From a virus, in IMG/VR virus record IMGVR_UViG_3300028748_000002: DNA of 46,353 bases. The stretch is one strand, 5' to 3'. The notes beneath the pieces were generated by a model that made no database searches, was not told the origin of the DNA, and was given only the letters and a program-made list of their open reading frames with translations. The translations under genes and the position numbers were made by a program. Shown here piece after piece: positions 41,115 through 46,353 of the stretch; position 1 is the stretch's first letter; each line of letters opens with the position of its first letter.

Positions 41115-42839
41115 TTATTGCACCTCCGTGCTGGTGAGGTTGAGGCCTTGGACGCTCTGCCCATCGGTATAGAAAAAGAGAATTGGCGGAGTGCCCCGGG
41201 CCGCACGCACGAGCGGGCTGGCCGGTTGGATCACAAGGGCCCATCCCTGATTTTGGATGGTCTGGGCCACGTTTTGCCCGGCTTGTGTGTTGACCGCGCT
41301 GATTTGCGAAGCAGACAACGTAACCCCGGCCTGAATTGCCCCGAAAGAAACGGCGGCTTCAATCGGGTCGGAAAGCCCCTCCAGAATGGTGGCATAGCCG
41401 GACGTGGAATAGGGCAGGTTGGGCGAATTGGCGAGCAAGAGGAAAAGCGCCGTCTTGAGGCCGTCATTCATCCAAACTTGATTGATATAGCTGTCCATCC
41501 ACAGAAACTTGCCGGTGACGGTCCCGAAAAGCTCCCGGTTGAATTGCTGTTTTGTGGACCCCAAGCGCCCATAAAAGTTGATGCCCTTCGCCTTGAGCAC
41601 CTGTGCCGTGGTGAGGTCCACCACGTCCGGGGCCAGCCCGGATTGGGTGAGGAAAGCGAAATTTTGGCGGCCGTTGGTGACGGTGAAGTCAATTGAGGCG
41701 GCCGCGCCCATGATGAAAGCGGCCTTGAGCGCCCCATTCACCGGCGCATAGTTGTAGTAGGTGCCGTCATAGCCCGCCGTGGAGATAGCGAGGAATGCGC
41801 CGGTGGTGGCGTTGGGGTTGGTGTCCGCGCTCTCCGTGCTCCAGCACACATAGGCGAAACGGTCCAGCGTGGTGCTGGTCCACGCGGCAAACGCCTCCTT
41901 GAGCGCGTCCGTGGGCTCCCAGATGGTCCCGAACGTGACCCAATCGTTATTGGTGGCCACGAGGCCCGCCATGAACGGGGCAGGGACCGCCGGGCCGGAG
42001 CCGTCCGACACCACCGCGCCGGTGGTGGCCGTGAGCTTGAGCGCCGTGGCCAGCGTGCCGTCCGCCGCCACCGTGATGGTGTCCACGGTGCCCGGGGTGC
42101 CGGTCTTGAGCGTGAAGGCGTCCAATTGGCTGGAATAGGACACGGTGAGCGGGCCACCCAAGATTGACCCGGGGGCATATGCCGCGCTGACAACTTGGTT
42201 GAGCTGGTAGGTGCCTGCCCCTCCCGCCGGGCCGGTGAGCTGCTCCAAAATCGACAGACCAGCCGGGAGGACGCCGCCCGGGTCCGCAACGCTCTGGCCA
42301 ACGGCAAAGGCGCCGCTTTCCACGGCTGTGACGGTGAGCGTGTTGGAGCTGGCCGCGATAGACCCGGTGCCGACCGCATCCGAATAGGCAAAGCCGGTTT
42401 GGATGGCCGCCGCAATCGCGGAATAGCTGGTGAGCCCCGCGAGGTTGATGGTGCCGGACACCTCCAGCGTGCCGTTGATCGTGAGCGTAATGGTGCCCTC
42501 CAGCCCGGTGAGGTTGGCGAGCGGTGTGGCCAGCGTGGCCCCCTGCAAATATGCCGGGACACCGGAGAGCGGGAATTGCGCAAACCGGATGACGCTGGGC
42601 TGTTGGGGTGCGTTGTCGTACCCCTGAAAATAGGTGAGCGCAAAAGCCGCTTCCGGGGAAATTGCCCCGAAATATTCCGCCACGGCCGTGTCACTGTAGA
42701 ACGAGAGGACCTCACCCACGGGGACCGTGGGATTGGTGGTGAGCACGAGGCCAACCACGTCCACGCCAGCCCCACCGGCCGCGTCAACCGCCGGGACAAC
42801 GCTGGCCACGAAGTCGATAGAAATGGATTGGGTGCTCAT
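41115..42839 (-). CDS. Contractile tail sheath protein, DUF3383-like (574 aa)
   Basis: Size and position upstream of tube, chaperone and tape measure. The N-terminus MSTQSISIDFVASVVPAV resembles DUF3383 sheath proteins. Confidence 0.75.
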   Translation of the reverse strand: MSTQSISIDFVASVVPAVDAAGGAGVDVVGLVLTTNPTVPVGEVLSFYSDTAVAEYFGAISPEAAFALTYFQGYDNAPQQPSVIRFAQFPLSGVPAYLQGATLATPLANLTGLEGTITLTINGTLEVSGTINLAGLTSYSAIAAAIQTGFAYSDAVGTGSIAASSNTLTVTAVESGAFAVGQSVADPGGVLPAGLSILEQLTGPAGGAGTYQLNQVVSAAYAPGSILGGPLTVSYSSQLDAFTLKTGTPGTVDTITVAADGTLATALKLTATTGAVVSDGSGPAVPAPFMAGLVATNNDWVTFGTIWEPTDALKEAFAAWTSTTLDRFAYVCWSTESADTNPNATTGAFLAISTAGYDGTYYNYAPVNGALKAAFIMGAAASIDFTVTNGRQNFAFLTQSGLAPDVVDLTTAQVLKAKGINFYGRLGSTKQQFNRELFGTVTGKFLWMDSYINQVWMNDGLKTALFLLLANSPNLPYSTSGYATILEGLSDPIEAAVSFGAIQAGVTLSASQISAVNTQAGQNVAQTIQNQGWALVIQPASPLVRAARGTPPILFFYTDGQSVQGLNLTSTEVQ

Positions 42840-43360
42840 TGGTCCGCCTCATAAATTTGCACGGGGCCTAGGCTCGTTGCATAGTCCTGTGGCATGGTTA
42901 ACACGGGATTGGCCTGTAGGTAAATGGTCACGGTCCACCGCGTCTCATATTGCTCCTCCGCGTTCATGAACGGGGCTTGCAAAGGGTCGTCCGTATAGAG
43001 CGGGGTGACGATGGACCCGGCCAGAAAAGCGCACGCCCACGAGCTCCGCCACACCATGGCCACGGCTGCCGCATTGGCCGCGCTGTTTCCCCCGTGGACA
43101 TCAAGCTGGACCTTAAACTCCGTGCTCTCTTGGAGCGCGAGCTGGCCCACGTCCTCAACCACGTCGAACGTCTCAACAGTCGTCGCGAGCCGCACTTGGC
43201 CCATGGTGGTCATGACAACAAAGTCACCCACCAGAGGCTCCGGGACCCGGTTATCCTGCCCTTGGATAACGTCCACCCCGGCGGGGAGCACGGCAAGGAG
43301 GAATTGCCGGACTTGCTCCAGCACGTCGAGCTCGGTGAATGAGAGCGCGGGGCCGCTCAT
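42836..43360 (-). CDS. Neck/tail completion protein (174 aa)
   Basis: ATG at 43360 (ATGA overlap). Lies directly upstream of the sheath gene. Confidence 0.5.
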   Translation of the reverse strand: MSGPALSFTELDVLEQVRQFLLAVLPAGVDVIQGQDNRVPEPLVGDFVVMTTMGQVRLATTVETFDVVEDVGQLALQESTEFKVQLDVHGGNSAANAAAVAMVWRSSWACAFLAGSIVTPLYTDDPLQAPFMNAEEQYETRWTVTIYLQANPVLTMPQDYATSLGPVQIYEADQ

Positions 43361-43761
43361 GGCGTGGCCTCCGTGACATTCTCCGGCGGGTCCACTTGCT
43401 GCACCACGAGGACCTTGCACCACCCGGAGGTGTCCCACCGCTCCAGCACGTCCACCACGAGCCAATAGGACCCGTTAAAGCCCAGAATGTCCCCACCGGC
43501 ACCGGCAAGGCGCTCCAGCCCCCGGAGGTTGCCGTTGAAATAGACTTGCCGCTTGACGCCTTGGATATTGAGCGCCTCGCTCCGCTGGAGCGCGCCATAG
43601 CTCATGGCTTGCACTTGGAGCGCTTGGTTGGCGTAGTGAGTGAAGCCGGGCACGCGTTTGCCGCCATATCCCGTGACCGGGCCGGTGTTGACATAAACGT
43701 CCCCGACTAGATCGGGGTTGACGGTGGCCGTGAGGCCGTGGGCGAGGTCCCGGAGGTTCAT
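43357..43761 (-). CDS. Head-tail joining protein (134 aa)
   Basis: ATGA-coupled within the neck module. Confidence 0.45.
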   Translation of the reverse strand: MNLRDLAHGLTATVNPDLVGDVYVNTGPVTGYGGKRVPGFTHYANQALQVQAMSYGALQRSEALNIQGVKRQVYFNGNLRGLERLAGAGGDILGFNGSYWLVVDVLERWDTSGWCKVLVVQQVDPPENVTEATP

Positions 43762-44309
43762 GAGCGCACCTCAACGGCGCTGGGCCCATAGAGGTGGTCC
43801 AAGAGCTGGCCGGTCCACACGAGCGGCTTTGCACCCGGGCCGGAGAGCGTGGACGCCTTGCCGCTGGCCACGTCCCGGCGCGCTTGGAGCACGTCCGCAA
43901 AGGTCATGCCGGTGCGTTGTGGGAAGCGCTCGCGCAAGAGGAGCGTGACCGGGGAGAGCGGCGGCCCATTCGTGGCCACGAGGCTCTCTGCAATGTTGAA
44001 GGCCATTTCCGTCCCGGTGAGCTCCAGAGCCTTGGCCGCGTCATAGCCTTGGACCTTGAGCTGGGTTGCGAGCGTTGCGCCCCACGTCTTGCGTCCGGCC
44101 GTGACCGCGTTGGAAAAGAATGGCCGGGGCGGGATGCCGCGCGAGGGAGCGCCGTAGTTATTGGCGGCGGCCACCGTGGCAAAAGGCGTGCCGTCCGGGT
44201 ACTTGGACCCCACGGGGTAGCCAACGGCCACCTCCTTGGCGTTGCGGAGCTTGCCGGAGAGACTGGCAAGAATGCGCTTTAGGGCGTCTCCGCCGCTCCA
44301 CTCTGCCAT
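43758..44309 (-). CDS. Head-tail adaptor, HK97 gp10-like (183 aa; alternative ATG at 44339)
   Basis: MAEWSGGDALKRILASLSGKLRNAKEVAVGYP resembles gp10-type neck proteins. Confidence 0.5.
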   Translation of the reverse strand: MAEWSGGDALKRILASLSGKLRNAKEVAVGYPVGSKYPDGTPFATVAAANNYGAPSRGIPPRPFFSNAVTAGRKTWGATLATQLKVQGYDAAKALELTGTEMAFNIAESLVATNGPPLSPVTLLLRERFPQRTGMTFADVLQARRDVASGKASTLSGPGAKPLVWTGQLLDHLYGPSAVEVRS

Positions 44310-44310
44310 G

Positions 44311-44760
44311 TCATCGGCCCGCCACGCGAGGGACGCCATAATAGGCACGCGGGCCCGGCACATAGCGCGCCGTGCGAAAGCTGGCGAGCATTTGCCAGAA
44401 TTGAGCCCCGTATTGGGTTTGCTCATACCACTTGCCGGTCCCCACGGGATAATCCCCAAGGGCGATATTGACGGAGCCCTCCCCCGCGCTCTTGACGGAA
44501 CCCACCATCCCGGCTCCGGCACCACCGGCAAGGCCGTTGCGGAGCTCAAGGACGGCCATGTGGGCAACGAGAAGGTTAAAGAGCGCGAGCCTCCGGGCCT
44601 CGTCGCAAATGATTGACGCAGCTTGCCCGGGGAGGTCGTTGCCCAAGGCCACATATTGGGCCTCGTCAAAAATTGCTTGTGCTTGAGGCTCTGCCACCTG
44701 TGCGGCCAGAGCGGGAAAGCGGGCGGCCCACGTAGCATAGACGAACGTGACGGCCGCCAT
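44311..44760 (-). CDS. Head-tail connector protein, DUF4054-like (149 aa)
   Basis: ATG at 44760 with GAGGAGG upstream. MAAVTFVYATWAARFPALA...LLVAHMAVL. Confidence 0.55.
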   Translation of the reverse strand: MAAVTFVYATWAARFPALAAQVAEPQAQAIFDEAQYVALGNDLPGQAASIICDEARRLALFNLLVAHMAVLELRNGLAGGAGAGMVGSVKSAGEGSVNIALGDYPVGTGKWYEQTQYGAQFWQMLASFRTARYVPGPRAYYGVPRVAGR

Positions 44761-44764
44761 GCGC

Positions 44765-45175
44765 TTAATCCTCCTCGGTTTTCGTCTCCACACCCGGACC
44801 GGCCTTTGTGGGGTCAATTTGGTCCGTGCTGGTCTTGACGCCATCGCCCAATTGCTCCGCGTGGTCCTCAATCTTGGCCCGCGTGTTTTTGACGATATGG
44901 CCATTCTTGACGGCCGCGTGGGGTGCGTTGGCGCACCAGTGGTCAAACCACTCCTCATCAACCTCGTGGGTGATGCCCCACTTGGCGGAGAAGGCCAACC
45001 CGGTCTGGATTGCCTTGGGGTGGTTGGCACCGGCCACGGTGAGCTTTTTGCCGTCATGGACGATGAGAAGGCCGTGGGGCAGGTTGCACGCCAGAGAGCA
45101 CACGTTGCCGCTCTTGGCCTTCGCCTCCGGGAGAGATGGGCCGGGAGGTGTCAAATTGGTGGGCTTGGAAGCCAT
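44765..45175 (-). CDS. Hypothetical head-associated protein (136 aa)
   Basis: First ORF after the capsid gene and its stem-loop. Confidence 0.5.
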   Translation of the reverse strand: MASKPTNLTPPGPSLPEAKAKSGNVCSLACNLPHGLLIVHDGKKLTVAGANHPKAIQTGLAFSAKWGITHEVDEEWFDHWCANAPHAAVKNGHIVKNTRAKIEDHAEQLGDGVKTSTDQIDPTKAGPGVETKTEED

Positions 45176-45203
45176 AGAGGTGTCTTTCTTTGGGTGGAAG
45201 TGT

Positions 45204-45238
45204 GGGGGCCACTCCGGTGCGCACCGTGGGCGGCCCCC
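45204..45238 (-). terminator. GC-rich stem-loop directly downstream of the major capsid gene
   Basis: gggggcc (45204-45210) pairs with ggccccc (45232-45238), with the inner palindrome cggtgcgcaccg. Lies 13 nt after the capsid stop. Confidence 0.4.
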
Positions 45239-45250
45239 GATAGACCGGGC

Positions 45251-46327
45251 TTAGATGCCCAGCATTTGAGCGAGCGCGATGGGGTAGCGCATGATAAAGC
45301 CCCACGTCCCCGCGCTCTTTTTCTGTGACCACGAGGAGCTCTTTTCGATGACGCGATGGTTGCGCATCCGCTCCGTGAAGCCAACATAGGTGGTGTCCTT
45401 GCCGTCCACCTTGTCCAAGCGGAGCTGGAGCAACGAGCCCCCGGTGGTGTCCAGCTCCGGCGCGGTCACAATCTTGAGATTGGGGAAACCGCGCTTGATA
45501 TACTGGGCCGCCGTGAGGGTGCCAAAGCTGTTGGCGTTTTCCAGCCACGTGTCCTTGTCGGGCGAAATAACCAAAGTCATCGCGTCCGACTTGTTCAGGT
45601 TGTTCCCCATCTGGCTCAAGAGCTGATTGTAGAGGGCCTGAATGTCCGCATAGATTTGCTCCGGCGGAGTGCCCGCGCCCCATTCCGTGGCGCTGGGCCC
45701 GGCGGTCTTGGGGGTTGGGCTGATCGGGGCAAAGAGCGCCGGGTCATTCAACGCGCCATAGAGCTCCAGATTGGCCACGCCAAAGAATGCGGCCTTGTTG
45801 GAGAACTTGGCGAGGTTGAGCGCGCTGGCAACATTCTGCTCCGACACGTATGCCACGCCGGCCAGCGCTTCAATTTCCGTTTCGCGTTCACCCCAACGGG
45901 TGAAGGTCTGGAAATGATAGCTCTGGCGATAGACAAAGTTGACGTTGTGCCCGCTGGTGCCGCTTTCCGCATAGTCCCCATAGCTGGTGACGTACCCGGT
46001 GCTTTCGATAACCCGGAACTCCGTGGAGAACGTGGTCCAATTGCCCTTTTGCGTGGACCCATAGGCCTCCTCCGCCTTCATCGGCTCCGTGATAACCCGG
46101 ATCATTTCCGGGTCCGCATAGTTGGCCAGATAGGCGGGGATACCCGCGTTGGGCGTGGTCACGAGGCCGGGCACCGCGTCATTCGCGCGCCGGGCAACGC
46201 CCAGCTCGCGCGTAACCGCGTCCATTGCCAAGCGCGGATTTTCGCGCATGGGCTCCGTGAGAAGGATTGCCGTGGGGGGCACATGGACGCCCAGAGCCAC
46301 GAGGCGGTTAAATTCAGACTGGCGCAT
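45251..46327 (-). CDS. Major capsid protein, DUF2184-like (358 aa); its 5' end lies in the terminal repeat
   Basis: ATG at 46327 with AAGGAGG 8 nt upstream. Follows the DUF2213-like scaffold and the decoration gene across the junction. Followed by a stem-loop. Confidence 0.8.
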   Translation of the reverse strand: MRQSEFNRLVALGVHVPPTAILLTEPMRENPRLAMDAVTRELGVARRANDAVPGLVTTPNAGIPAYLANYADPEMIRVITEPMKAEEAYGSTQKGNWTTFSTEFRVIESTGYVTSYGDYAESGTSGHNVNFVYRQSYHFQTFTRWGERETEIEALAGVAYVSEQNVASALNLAKFSNKAAFFGVANLELYGALNDPALFAPISPTPKTAGPSATEWGAGTPPEQIYADIQALYNQLLSQMGNNLNKSDAMTLVISPDKDTWLENANSFGTLTAAQYIKRGFPNLKIVTAPELDTTGGSLLQLRLDKVDGKDTTYVGFTERMRNHRVIEKSSSWSQKKSAGTWGFIMRYPIALAQMLGI

Positions 46328-46353
46328 TGGAATTAACCTCCTTGGCTCAACAT
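46227..46353. repeat. Terminal direct repeat, copy 2 (identical to 1..127)
   Basis: Exact 127-nt match to the window start. Confidence 0.95.

Overview
This window is one complete tailed-phage genome. Nt 1-127 and 46227-46353 are identical, so the unique unit is 46,226 bp and the major capsid gene crosses the junction. It is GC-rich, densely coded and heavily translationally coupled (many ATGA or TAATG stop/start overlaps). I saw no integrase, tRNA, CRISPR array or reverse transcriptase, so it reads as a virulent contractile-tailed phage.

There are four transcription blocks:
- Minus-strand late operon, running from 10514 down through the junction to about 29742. It carries small and large terminase, portal, MuF-like head protein, a fibre-like cassette, scaffold/protease, decoration and capsid proteins, neck proteins, sheath, tube, frameshifted chaperone, tape measure, baseplate, tail fibre and the lysis cassette.
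- Plus-strand early block, 10658-15539. It carries HTH-like proteins, a minimal SGNH esterase, MazG and a PP-loop/PAPS-reductase-like enzyme.
- Minus-strand block, 23352-15536. It carries an HNH endonuclease, SF2 helicase, VRR-NUC nuclease, a mini TetR-like HTH, a primase-polymerase/SF3 helicase and an accessory island.
- Plus-strand replication block, 23442-29815. It carries a PD-(D/E)XK nuclease, an SSB-like protein, an HNH endonuclease and a family A DNA polymerase.

The most unusual observations are:
- A six-ORF fibre-like and glycine-rich cassette sits inside the head-morphogenesis block.
- An AT-richer accessory island (15.5-17.8 kb) has a duplicated gene-start boundary, a 13-codon upstream ORF and a 272-nt array of 12-nt tandem repeats encoding an Ala-rich repeat protein.
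- The early genes combine a minimal SGNH esterase, MazG and a PP-loop enzyme.
- The tail chaperone carries a canonical -1 frameshift heptamer.

All family names come from motif recognition by eye. No database search was possible.
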